Part shown: positions 13,101-24,589 of the stretch, piece after piece
How the letters are laid out: every line of letters starts with the position of its first letter
Position numbering within the stretch: the first letter of the stretch is position 1
From: Phyllobates terribilis
Lineage: Eukaryota
DNA length: 64,000 bases
Reading direction: 5' to 3'
Assembly: GCF_046119375.1 (NCBI RefSeq)
Contig: NW_027362772.1
Location: 131,254,001 to 131,318,000, forward strand
Translations under genes and position numbers: made by a program
Notes under the pieces: model-generated
The model's database searches: none
The model's input: only the letters and a program-made list of their open reading frames with translations
What the model was told of the DNA's origin: nothing

Positions 13101-13330
13101 GTGAGACCGGAAAGCACATCGAAGGAGATCCTCTCTGAGTGCAGCATTCCCACCTGCAGGGTTACGGGCTCTGTGACAAGCAAGATGGTCACCAGAAGGA
13201 GTCTTCCATCCATGGAAGTGACTGCCAATGGTTCAGCCAGAGGTTTGGTAGGAATCTGATACTTCTCTACAAGGGACTAGGATATGAGATTCCCAGTGGC
13301 TCCGGAATCCAGATGTGCGGTTTCAAAGAA
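10162..13330 (-). pseudogene. Gypsy A pol (protease, RT, RNase H, integrase, chromodomain), disrupted
   Basis: LDSGATG (~13290), YLDD, DASS/RELLAIK, YTDHKNL, MDFITDLP/SDRG and the chromodomain YEVENIL...WKGFGPEEITWEP are spread over ORFs 11761-12918, 11353-11730 and 10162-11331. Confidence 0.92.
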
Positions 13331-13416
13331 GCGGTTCTCTCCACAGGAAATAGAGACGGATAAAGTCAAGAACAGAGAGGATTTACTTTTGCCTAGGACG
13401 ACCTCTCCGAGCGGTC

Positions 13417-14368
13417 CTAGACACTGGAGTTTCCCTGCTTCACTGGGCAGGAACGAATCAGGTGCTCCTTACTACCACAGTAGAAACAGCTCCCCTCGGC
13501 TCGGCGTGTCTCTTTGGCGAGATTTGACCATCTTGGTCTGGTTGATCTGCATAGGTTCGGGCGAGCGTGCCCGGGGAGTTGCAGGTTGGGAAGCAGGTCT
13601 CTGGAAAGCAGGAGCAAGACGAGGAAATCTTCTCTCCCGGGTAGTCTCCTTAGCACGTTCTAGGAAACGGATCTCAATCCGGGTTGCTAGTGACACCAAG
13701 TCATCCAGGGTGGTAGGAACGTCCCGGCCGGCTAACTCGTCCTTAATCCGACCGGAAAGGCCCTATCAGAAGGTGGACACCAGGGCCTCGTTGTCCCAGG
13801 CAAGCTCAGAAGCGAGGGTACGGAACTGTATGGCATACTGGGCCACGGTGAGACTCGCTTGGCGGAGACGGAGCAATGAGGAGGCAGTAGAGATCCTTCG
13901 TCCGGGTTCATCAAAGAACTTCTGGAAGGCAGTGAGGAAAGCCGGAAGATCGGACACCAGGGAATCCCCTCTCTCCCATAGAGGGTTAAGCCATGCCAAT
14001 GCTTCCCCGGTGAGGTGAGACATGATGAACGCCACCTTGGCCCGGTCGGAGTGAAACTGATGTGGCAGAAGTTCAAAGTGCAGCGTGCACTGGTTCAGAA
14101 AGCCCCGACATAGGACGGGGTCACCTCCAAAACGAGGAGGTTCAGAAAGCCGGGGTCCTGGACTGGATGCCGTGGTATTGGTAGGTAGCGGCGCTGCCGG
14201 AGCGGGTGTCGCTCGACTTGAGGCGGACCTAGGTGGGACAGACAGCGTGTCCAGGCGAGAGTTGACAGACCGCACATAGGTCAGGATGGCTTCCTGTTGG
14301 GATCTCTGACGAGAAACCTCCTGGTACAGGTCAGCAAGTGAAGGGGCCTGGGAGCCACCGGGTTCCAT
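13417..14368 (-). pseudogene. Gypsy A gag with CCHC knuckle, premature stop and frameshift
   Basis: ORF 13766-14368 (PPRFGGDP...CRGFLNQC) ends in TGA where W is expected. CFYCGSKEHLIRSC follows in 13417-13656. Confidence 0.88.
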
Positions 14369-14381
14369 GGCCCGTGTAAAC

Positions 14382-15399
14382 TGTTACGGATCCGGGTGGT
14401 GTTACCTCTGTGCTGCGGTGCAAGGAGGGACCAGAGGGGCGTAACTAGGTATCAACTTGGACCAACCAAGGCCGTACGGCGGCTCAATCGACTCCGTGAC
14501 CAGGGAAGGACCGAGCAGAAGGACCAGGTGCTACTCTGGGGACCGAACTTGTATGAGAGCAGGTGACTCCCATGGGTCAGAAGGCAGGGACTGACCGGTA
14601 CAGTAGATGAATATGGCAGGCAGGCTGACGGGTGATCCGGGCAGATGGACTGGCAGGCCCGGCAAGTAACAAGCAGGAGCCTCCAGGTAGGCAGGCTGGT
14701 AGGCACGGATGGTAACAGGCAGGTGCTTCTAGGTAAGAGGGCTGGCAGGCACGGCAAGTAACAGGCAGGAGCCTAAAGGTAGGCTGGCTGGTAGGCATGG
14801 CAGGTAACAGGCAGGAGCCTCCAGGTAGGCTGGCTGGTAGGCACGGCAGGTAACAAGCAGGTGCTTCCAGGTAAGCAGGCGGACCGAGCCCATAGACAGA
14901 CTGGCGGACTGGACTGTAGACAGACTGTCGGGCTGGAGAGTAGACAAGCAGCCGGACTGGACTAGTAGTCAGGTTGGCGGACTGGACTTGTAGTCAGACT
15001 GGCGGGCTGCACTTGTAGTCAGGCTGGCGGGATAGACTTGTAGTCAGGCTGGCGGGCTGGACTGGTAGTCAGGCTGGTGGGCTGGACTTGTAGTCTGACT
15101 GGCGGACTGAACTAGTAGTCAGGCTAGCAGCGGGACCTGAGGGCTGTAGCAGAGTATCATGCAACCTTGCATGGGCACCTCCATATTGGAGGAGGTGCCT
15201 TTGGCCGGTGACTTTTTAGGACGGCGCGCGCGGCCCCTTTAAGAGGGAGGGAGCGCGCGCACGCACCCTAAGCACAGAGTCGGGGAAGTTGTGTGCACCA
15301 GCAGCAGCTGCAGGGAGGCCAGAAGACGCCGGAGCAGGACCTCGGCGGTAAGGGGGGCGGCATCTCTGCCGGGCAGGAGGCAGAGATGCCGTTGCTACA
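14382..15399 (-). repeat. 5' LTR of Gypsy A
   Basis: TGTTACGG...GCTACA. Homologous to 9154-10166 but lacks the 24-bp TATA segment. Confidence 0.93.
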
Positions 15400-18300
15400 T
15401 AACGGATGGGCAATCAGTGAAATAACTGGCACAGGTTAGTGGTTGGAAAGGAATATAATCCTGGCTGCTGCATTCAGGACAGATTGGAGAGGGGACAGTT
15501 TGGTAAGAGGGAGACCGATTACTATAGATTTGCAATAGCCCAGTCAAGAATGAATAAGAACAGTTAGAGTTTTTGGCAAGTCCAAGGTAAGAAAAGGTCT
15601 AATTCTAGAGATGTTTTTGAAGTGTAGGTGACATGAGCACGCAAGTGATCGGATGTGGGGAGTAAAGGATATGTCTGAATAAAATATGACACCAAGACAG
15701 CGGGCATGTTGCTGAGGAATAATGGTAGAACCACACATGGAAATGGTAATATTGGGCATAGGTAAGTTAGTGGAGGGAGGAAACACAAGGAGTTAAGTTT
15801 TGACAGATTCAGTTTTAGATAGATTGAGAACATGATGATAGAGACAGCAGACAGACAATCACTGGTATTTTTTAATAATGCAGGGGTGATGTCAGGAAAT
15901 GTGTTTAATTGAGTGTCATCAGCATAGAGATTGTACTGGAAACCAAATGTGCTGATTGTTTGTCCAATAGGTGCAGTAGATACAGAGAAGAAGAGGGGTG
16001 CCCAGGAATGATCCTTGAGGAACTCCGACGGTAAGCGGAAGAGGAGAGGAAGAGGAACCAGCAAAAGATACAGTAAAGGAACGGTTAGAGAGGTAGGAGG
16101 ATAACCAGGAAAGAGTGATATCTTTGAGTCCAATAGAGCAGAGCATAATGAGGAGGAGCTGGTGATCCACAGTGTCAAATGCTGCAGAGGGGTCCAGGAG
16201 AATCAGCAGGGAGTAGTGACGATTAGATTTAGCTGTTAGTAGATCATTAGAGACTTTAGTAAGGGCAGCTTCAGTAGAGTGTAAGGAGCGGAAACCAGAT
16301 TATAAAGGGTCAAGAAGAGAGTGATCTGAGAGATAGCAGATTAGAGGAGAGTGGACCAAGTAGGAGTTTAGAGATGAAGGGAAGATTAGAGACAAGCCTG
16401 TAGTTAGCAGCAGCGCTGTTCTGGTTGAGGGATATTTTTTTTTAAGTAATGGATGTATGCTGGCATGTTTAAATGAGTAAGGAAAGATACCAGATGAGAA
16501 AGAGAAATTAAGTATTTTAGTTAGGTGAGTGGTGACAGCCAGGGAAAAGGACTGGAGGAGATGTGAGGGAATAGGGTCCCTGGTGGAAGTAGTAGGGCAA
16601 AAAGATGCAAGAAGCCTGGTCACTTCTTCTTCAGTGACCAGTTCAAAGACAGAAATGAGCTAGATGCATGGAGGGAGGACAATACATGATATTAGGGTAT
16701 TGGGAGAAAATTTCCTGTTGGATATGGTAAATTTTTTCTTTTAAATAATTGGCCAGATCGTCAGCGCTGAGGTCGGTGATGGGGGCCTGCACTCTTGGAT
16801 TGAGGAGAGAGGTGAAGGGCAGAATTGTTTGTTTTAAGCATAAACTTATAATGGATGAAAACTTTGACCATATTGGATTTTCTCCACATACATTCGGCGC
16901 AGCAGGAGCACTGCTGGACATGTTTGCAGCATGTTCCAGAGTTAACACCGTTTGTGCCATGTTGTTCTAAATGTAGAGGTGCAGCTTCATGCAGGGCACT
17001 TTGCAAAGTTTCATTATAATGTTTCAGTGCAGAATCAGGACATGAGAGGGAGAAGATTGGGGTCAATGGTGACTATAAATTCTATATAAGTTTCTGGGTA
17101 TTAATGGCATATATATTTCTATAAGTGTGGAAAGTGGGGGTGTCCTGAGTAGGGTGACAGTTCTTGACAGAGAATGAAAGAAGGTTGTGGTCAGAGAGAG
17201 GAAGAGGGGAGTTATTTAAGTCATACACTGAGCAGAGACAGGAGAAGACCAGGTTTAGCATATTCCCGTCTTCATGTATTGGAGAATTATTAAGCTGTGA
17301 AAGGCTGAAACAAGATGTTAGAGATAAAATGTGAATGGAAGATGGGGAGAGAGGATCACCAATGGGGATCTTAAAGTCCCCCATGATGAGAGTGGGGATG
17401 TCACAGGATAGAAAATGTAGAAGCCAGGTGGCAAAGTGATACAGAAACTAACAGTAGGGGCCCTGAGGGAGATACACAACTGCCACTCACAGGTAGAAGG
17501 TCTAGTAGACTAAGACAGTGTGGACCTCAAAAGAAGGGAAGATGAATGTGGGTACGGGGGATAACTTGAAAAGTACATTTTGTTGAACGGAGTAGACCAA
17601 CACCTCCACCTGGTCTGTTGTCAGGTCTAGCGGTGTGTGAAAAATGTAGGCCACCATACGAGAGACCAACAGCCGCGGTGATGTCCGACTGCTGGGTGCA
17701 GGTTTCAGTAAGATGCCAGATCATTACGGGAATCTGAAAAAAGAAAGTCATGGATGTAAGCGAGTTTGTTACATGCTGACCTTGAGTTCAAGAGGGCACA
17801 GTTAAAAGAGGCAGAAGGCATGGAACGGCGATGAGATTCGCAAGGTTTCAGAGAATAGCAGGGGAGGAGTTAAACTATTACAAGAAGGGCCAGAGTTAGG
17901 AAAGACATACCCTGAGACTAGGAGAAGGAGAATAGAGAGAGTGAGCAGATGGTTAAGTGATCTGTGAGAGCGTCTCTTGTGTTGTATGGTGAGAGTGAAT
18001 GGATCTGTATTATATTGTGAAAAGAGCATGAGAGCAGTACATAAAAGATGAGAGGAGAGAGGGACTGATATGGATCGAGTGCACACAGTGTGTGAATGGG
18101 CAGTAGATGTGAGTAATTGAAGCAGCCAGAGCATAAATAGTACAAATACATAGGGTAAATACTTGTTGCATTGCAGATGACCTGGAAAGAAGTTCTTTGA
18201 ATGTCTTGCATGGCTTACATGTCTCCTGCCCTGTCCAGCTGCCATAATTAACTGCCCTGGCAATTTGAAAAATATGTTACTTGGATAAAATCTGCACAAA

Positions 18301-18729
18301 TGCTCCCTTGCACAAATGCCTTCCCCTTGGCTAGATCCAAATATACAGGCAAGTTTGTGTTTAGATCTAACACTAATTTAACTCATTACCAATAAATCGA
18401 CTAACTTAAGACTACAGGAGACAATAAAATGCAGAGACAAACAAAAAATCTTGCAGACCACTCTTTGAGCAAGTGAGATTACCTTATAGAATCAGGGAAT
18501 AATTCAATAAGATGAATGAAATATATACCATTAAACAGGCTTGCAAAGATGGAAATGAGGGAGCAGGCTTTAAAGGAATAAATGCAGCAGATTAATGAAA
18601 TATATACCTGTATGAAGAGAAAAGAGATGAGTATTAGATTCATGCCATGTTTAGCTGCCCTGGCACTTTCAAAAATATGGCACTTTGATAAAATCTGCAC
18701 AAAAGTCCCCTGCACAACTTATATATTAA

Positions 18730-19060
18730 TTATAGAATTGGGAAAATAAGTATTTGAAACACTGCTGATTTTGCAAGCTTTCCCCCTTCAAAGAATGGAG
18801 AGGTCTGTAATTTTCCTCATAGGTACACTTCAACTGTGAGAGACAAAATCTAAAAACCAAAAAATAAAAAACCCAGCAAGAATTCTGGCTCTCACAAACC
18901 TGTTAGTTTTTCTTTAAGAAGCCCTCTTACTCTGCACTCATTACCTGTATTACTTGCACCTGTTTGAACTTGTTACCTGTATAAAAACACTTGTGGTAGG
19001 ACTAGGAGGGCTTCTTAAAGAAAAACTAACATGTCTGTAAGAGCCAGAATTCTTGCTGGT
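18730..19060. mobile_element. Rearranged Tc1-type terminal fragment
   Basis: GGGAAAATAAGTATTTGA terminal-like motif. Internal inverted segments at ~18877-18928 and ~19002-19055. Confidence 0.5.
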
Positions 19061-19254
19061 TGGAAGATGATCATATACTTATTTCATGAGATCACAGACT
19101 AATTTACAGCATGCAATGTCAATCAGCAGCTTCTAAAGCCAGAAGAATATTGTCATGTATTAAAAGTGGTATGAACTCACAGAACAGAGTCATAACTCTA
19201 TCACTCTATAAAACATTAGTGTAACTTCAAATTGTATATGCAGTTCAGTTCTAG

Positions 19255-19790
19255 TAGGCACCAGTTCATAGAAAGGATGGCCTGAAGCTAGAAAAGGTAC
19301 AAAGAAGAGCCATAAAACTGATAAAGGACAAGGAGTTATGAGGAAAGACTAAATGGAATAAAATGATTTAGTCTTGAGAAGAGACGCCTAAGAGAGACAT
19401 GACTAACTTGCACAAGTACATAAATGGCCCATGTTTCATGTAAAACCCCCTCAACAGATAAGAGAAAGAAAGGTTCAGTCTCCAAAGGAGACAGGTCTTC
19501 TTTACCATAACGACTAATAATCTCTGCATCAGTCTACCTCTGGAGCTCATCACAGTAGGAGCTGTTGATGGTTTCAAAAAAGGCTCAGATGCTATTTTAG
19601 AAGAAAGTAAAATAAAAAAGTATGTAAATGCGTAAAGTTGTTTTTTGAGTGTATGGTCCAGTGGATCGACAATTGGGATCAGGAGGGAAAGATTAGGCCT
19701 TCCGGGGCAGACTGGATCATGCATTATGTTTGTACATATGACCCTTCCTTTTACCCTTTCCCATCCCTCCGTTGAACTTGATGGACATCA
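19255..19790 (+). mobile_element. Decayed CR1 3' fragment
   Basis: Resembles the C-terminus of the CR1 ORF2 above (GAGAAGAGACGCCTAAGAG = KRRLR; TTCTTTACC), followed by a 3' UTR ending TTGAACTTGATGGAC. Confidence 0.65.
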
Positions 19791-20639
19791 ATTATTAATT
19801 TCTACACCTTTGTACAATTTGATGCAAATTATTTAAATATAACAGATCAATAATTAAAATATTCTCACTATGTCTAGTTCCCAAACAAGGGAAAGTGTAA
19901 TGATTTGCACTTTCTAGAAATGTTTGAACTACCTTAGACAAACAATGGTTTCTGTCTTTACCAGAGATTAGAGGAGATATTTACCCTTCCTCAGACACCT
20001 GTGACAACCCAGTGCCACTTTTATTTGATCTTTGGCTCTCCTTTTAAACTGCTTAGCTCTGGACAGACTTCAAAGCTTTATTGCACAGGCTGAACCTTTC
20101 TATCTACAGCAGGTAACAGTTATGATTATATGGAATTTATGGACTATATAAAACCCTGCTGTGCATGTGGTCAAAGGTGAATTTTCTATTAAGCAATCTG
20201 TCGCATTCTAAATGCCATTCATCTGGCTTCATCAAACATGTTTAGGTTTAATAAAAAGTAGGGAAAATGTAATAAAAATGTGCATGAATTAAAAAAAATC
20301 CTTATTCTACTAAAGTAACATTAGTATAGAGTTAATGAACAGATTATCCACTGATGTCACATTGAACTGATGTAAGCGTGAAAATAAAATGTTTATGATT
20401 TAATATGAATACATTTGTGTTTGTAAAACTGACGCTGCCTTTAGTATAAAGCAATGCTTGAAAATGTGCTAAGAAAGGTTCATTTTAATTACACAAAAAG
20501 AAAAATAATAGTAATATTTATATAACATAACTTACAGTACTTTACAATTTAGAGAGTGGAAGTAATTCATATATATATACTGTACATTTATATTTACTAT
20601 ATGTATATCATTTTTTATATAATATATAATTTTAATATA

Positions 20640-22270
20640 CAGTACAGACCAAAAGTTTGGACACACCTTCTCATTTAAAGATTTTTCTGTATTTTCATGA
20701 CTTTGAAAATTGTACATTCACACTGAAGGCATCAAAACTATGAATTAACACATGTGGAATAATATACTTAACAAAAAAGTGTGAAACAACTGAAAATATG
20801 TTTTATATTTTTGGTTCTTCAAAGTAGCCACCTTTTGCTTTGATGACTGTTTTGCACACTCTTGGCATTCTCTTGATGAGCTTCAAGAGGTAGTCACCGG
20901 AAATGGTTTTCACTTCACAGGTGTGCCCTGTCAGGTTTAATAAGTGGGATTTCTTGCCTTATAAATGGGGTTGGGTCCATCAGTTGTGTTGTGCAGAAGT
21001 CAGGTGGATACACAGCTGATAGTCCTACTGAATAGACTGTTAGAATTTGTATTATGGCAAGAAAAAAGCAGCTAAGCAAAGAAAAACAAGTAGCCATCAT
21101 TACTTTAAGAAATGAAGGTCACTCAGTCCGAAAAATTGGGCAAACTATTGAAAGTGTCCCCAAGTGCAGTTGCAAAAACCATCAAGCGCTACAAAGAAAC
21201 TGGCTCACATGAGGACCGCCCCAGGAAAGGAAGACCAAGACTCACCTCTGCTTCTGAGCATAAGTTTATCCGAGTCACCAGCCTCAGAAATCGCAGGTTA
21301 ACAGCAGCTCAGATTAGAGACCAGGTCAATGCCACACAGAGTTATAGAGGCAGACACATCTCTACAACAACTATTAAGAGGAGACTTTGTGCAGCAGGCC
21401 TTCATGGTAAAATAGCTGCTAGGAAACTACTGCTAAGGACAGGCAACAAGCAGAAGAGACTTGTTTGGGCTAAAGAACACAAGGAATTGACATCAGACCA
21501 GTGGAAATCTGTGCTTTGGTCTGATGAGTCAAAATTTGAGATCTTTGGTTCCAACCACCGTGTCTTTGTGCAACACAGAAAAGGTGAACGAATGGACTCT
21601 ACATGCCTGGTTCCCACCGTGAAGCATGGAGGAAGAGGTGAGATGGTGTGGGGGTACTTTGCTGGTGACGCTGTTGGGGATTTATTCAAAATTTAAGGCA
21701 TACTGAACCAGCATGGCTACCACAGCATCTTGCAGCGGCATGCTATTCCATCCGGTTGGCGTTTAGTTGGACCATCATTAATTTCTCAACAGGACAATGA
21801 CCCCAAACACACCTCCAGGCTGTGTAAGGGCTGTTAGACCAAGAGGGAGAGTGATGGGGTGCTACGCCAGATGACCTGGCTTCCACAGTCACCAGACCTG
21901 AACCCAATCGAGATGGTTTGGGGTGAGCTGGACCGCAGAGTGAAGGCAAAAGGGCCAACAAGTGCTAAGCATCTCTGGGAACTCCTTCAAGATTGTTGGA
22001 AGACCATTTCCAGTGACTACCTCTTGAAGCTCATCAAGAGAATGCCAAGAGTGTGCAAAGCAGTCATCAAAGCAAAAGGTGGCTACTTTGAAGAACTTAG
22101 AATATAAGACATATTTTCAGTTGTTTCACACTTTTTTGTTAAGTATATAATTCCAATTGTGTTAATTCATAGTTTTGATGCCTTCAGTGTGAATGTACAA
22201 TTTTCATAGTCATGAAAATACAGAAAAATCTTTAAATGAGAAGGTGTCTCCAAACTTTTGGTCTGTACTG
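20640..22270 (+). mobile_element. Tc1-family transposon, DD38E (Intruder-type), copy 1; transposase disrupted
   Basis: TA flanks, 267-bp TIRs (CAGTACAGACCAAAAGTTTGG...), WSDESKFE, QDNDPKH and SPDLNPIE motifs, with a frameshift and stops. Confidence 0.95.
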
Positions 22271-22338
22271 TATATATACTGTACATTTATATTTACTATA
22301 TGTATATCATTTTTTATATAATATATAATTTTAATATA

Positions 22339-23968
22339 CAGTACAGACCAAAAGTTTGGACACACCTTCTCATTTAAAGATTTTTCTGTATTTTCATGAC
22401 TTTGAAAATTGTACATTCACACTGAAGGCATCAAAACTATGAATTAACACATGTGGAATTATATACTTAACAAAAAAGTGTGAAACAACTGAAAATATGT
22501 TTTATATTCTTGGTTCTTCAAAGTAGCCACCTTTTGCTTTGATGACTGTTTTGCACACTCTTGGCATTCTCTTGATGAGCTTCAAGAGGTAGTCACCGGA
22601 AATGGTTTTCACTTCACAGGTGTGCCCTGTCAGGTTTAATAAGTGGGATTTCTTGCCTTATAAATGGGGTTGGGACCATCAGTTGTGTTGTGCAGAAGTC
22701 TGGTGGATACACAGCTGATAGTCCTACTAAATAGACTGTTAGAATTTGTATTATGGTAAGAAAAAAGCAGCTAAGTAAAGAAAATCGAGTGGCCATCATT
22801 ACTTTAAGAAATGAAGGTCAGTCAGTCTGAAAAATTGGGCAAACTTTGAATGTGTCCCCAAGTGCAGTTGCAAAAACCATCAATCGCTACAAAGAAACTG
22901 GCTCACATGAGGACTGCCCCAGGAAAGGAAGACCAAGAGTCACCTCTGCTTCTGAGGATAAGTTTATCCGAGTCACCAGCCTCAGAAATCGCAGGTTAAC
23001 AGCAGCTCAGATTAGAGACCAGGTCAATGCCACACAGAGTTCTAGCAGCAGACACATCTCTACAACAACTGTTAAGAGGAGACTTTGTGCAGCAGGCCTT
23101 CATGGTAAAATAGCTGCTAGGAAACCACTGCTAAGGACAGGTAACAAGCAGAAGAGACTTGTTTGGGCTAAAGAACACAAGGAATGGACGCTAGACCAGT
23201 GGAAATCTGTGCTTTTGTCTGATGAGTCCAAATTTGAGATTTTTGGTTCCAACCACTGTGTCTTTGTGCGACGCAGAAAAGGTGAACGGATGGACTCTAC
23301 ATGCCTGGTTCCCATCGTGAAGCATTGAGGAGGAGGTGTGATGGTGTGGGGGTTCTTTGCTGGTGACACTGTTGGGAATTTATTCAAAATTGAAGGCATA
23401 CTGAACCATCATGGCTACCACAGCATCTTGCAGCGGCATGCTATTCCATCCAGTTTGCGTTTCGTTGGACCATCATTTATTTTTTAACAGGACAATGACC
23501 CCAAACACACCTCCAGGCTGTGTAAGGGCTATTTGACCAAGAAGGAGAGTGATGGGGTGCTACGCCAGATGACGTGGCCTCCACAGTCACCAGACCTGAA
23601 CCCAATCGAGATGGTTTGGGGTGAGCTTGACCGCAGAGTGAAGGCAAAAGGGCCAACAAGTGCTAAGCATCTCTGGGAACTCCTTCAAGATTGTTGGAAG
23701 ACCATTTCCGGTGACTACCTCTTGAAGGTCATCAAGAGAATGCCAAGAGTGTGCAAAGCAGTCATCAAAGCAAAAGGTGGCTACTTTGAAGAACCAAGAA
23801 TATAAGACATATTTTCAGTTGTTTCACACTTTTTTGTTAAGTATATAATTCCATATGTGTTAATTCATAGTTTTGATGCCTTCAGTGTGAATGTACAATT
23901 TTCAAAGTCATGAAAATACAGAAAAATCTTTAAATGAGAAGGTGTGTCCAAACTTTTGGTCTGTACTG
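22339..23968 (+). mobile_element. Tc1-family transposon, DD38E, copy 2; transposase disrupted
   Basis: Same TIRs and TA flanks. Stops at ~23328 and ~23487. Confidence 0.95.
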
Positions 23969-24139
23969 TATATATAATATGTCCATATTTATATCTGTAT
24001 ATATTGAATATTGTTGTATAATGTATTACCTTAGTAATACATTATTTGACAATTCAAACAAGCCAGCAAGAAGAATGAACGAGGGCCTTGCTTTCAGACA
24101 GCTAAAAAACGGTGTATGCACAGATATGAAGTGCTGTTA

Positions 24140-24450
24140 AGTGCATAACATGTGGGGAATAATGTTGAAGGGGACAAGTTATTGAGGAATTGTTTAGAAA
24201 GGGGAGAAACAGAGAAGAATGTATTAGTAAATATGATAAGCATTCCTAAAAAGATGTATTTTTAGGTCACGCTTAAAGTTGTGGACACTGATAATTGTCT
24301 GAGAGAGCTCAATCTAAAAAACTAGTGCAGCATGAGAAGAGTATTGAAGCCTCAGATGATTGGAATAACTAAGAGCACAGGTAGGGCTATCGACAAAGAG
24401 CTGCATTCTGGAAATCATTGTGGATGAGAGTGGTTAGCTTATTTTCTATT
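24140..24450 (-). mobile_element. Old L2 3' fragment
   Basis: Similar to the L2 3' region at 8800-9050 and 51590-51720 (TTTTTAGG.CACGCTTAAA). Confidence 0.45.
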
Positions 24451-24589
24451 CTATGATGGATGTGCAACCATAACAGTGACTGGCACAGAGTGGAGTAATT
24501 TCTGGTACAAAGACAAAATAGCAGCTCTTCTCTTCCATATGGCTTATGATTGACCTCATAGCACAGATTGCTGTCTGATGATGGGTATA

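Larger units (their letters stand above)
9154..15399 (-). mobile_element. Full-length Gypsy/Metaviridae chromovirus (sushi-like) LTR retrotransposon A
   Basis: TSD TAACG at 9149-9153 and 15400-15404. LTRs of ~1.0 kb have TG...CA ends. PPT at 10167-10190. Domain order is gag, protease, RT, RNase H, integrase, chromodomain. Confidence 0.96.
8437..18300 (-). mobile_element. Degenerate L2 LINE split by a Gypsy insertion (pieces 8437-9153 and 15400-~18300)
   Basis: (AAT)n tail at 8437-8460. ORF2 fragments include RVQFKLITLTHK (8842-9195), LYADDTQL and GVPQGS (15900-16180), MGDF (17384) and LTET/GGGVG endonuclease motifs (~17650-17750). The 5' end is approximate. Confidence 0.85.

Noticed and set aside
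13284-14018. 244-aa plus-strand ORF
   Set aside because: It is the antisense shadow of Gypsy A gag, with no domain features.
18240-18720. ~80-bp imperfect direct repeat about 400 bp apart (18240-18320 and 18640-18720)
   Set aside because: It is real but diverged, lies at the L2 5' boundary, and I cannot attach any further structure or function to it.
20533-20584. TACAGTA/TACTGTA heptamers as Tc1 excision footprints (also at 3122, 26753, 31714 and 63205)
   Set aside because: A rough estimate for AT-rich DNA gives about ten such 7-mers by chance in 64 kb, so they are not enriched. An empty-site comparison would be needed.
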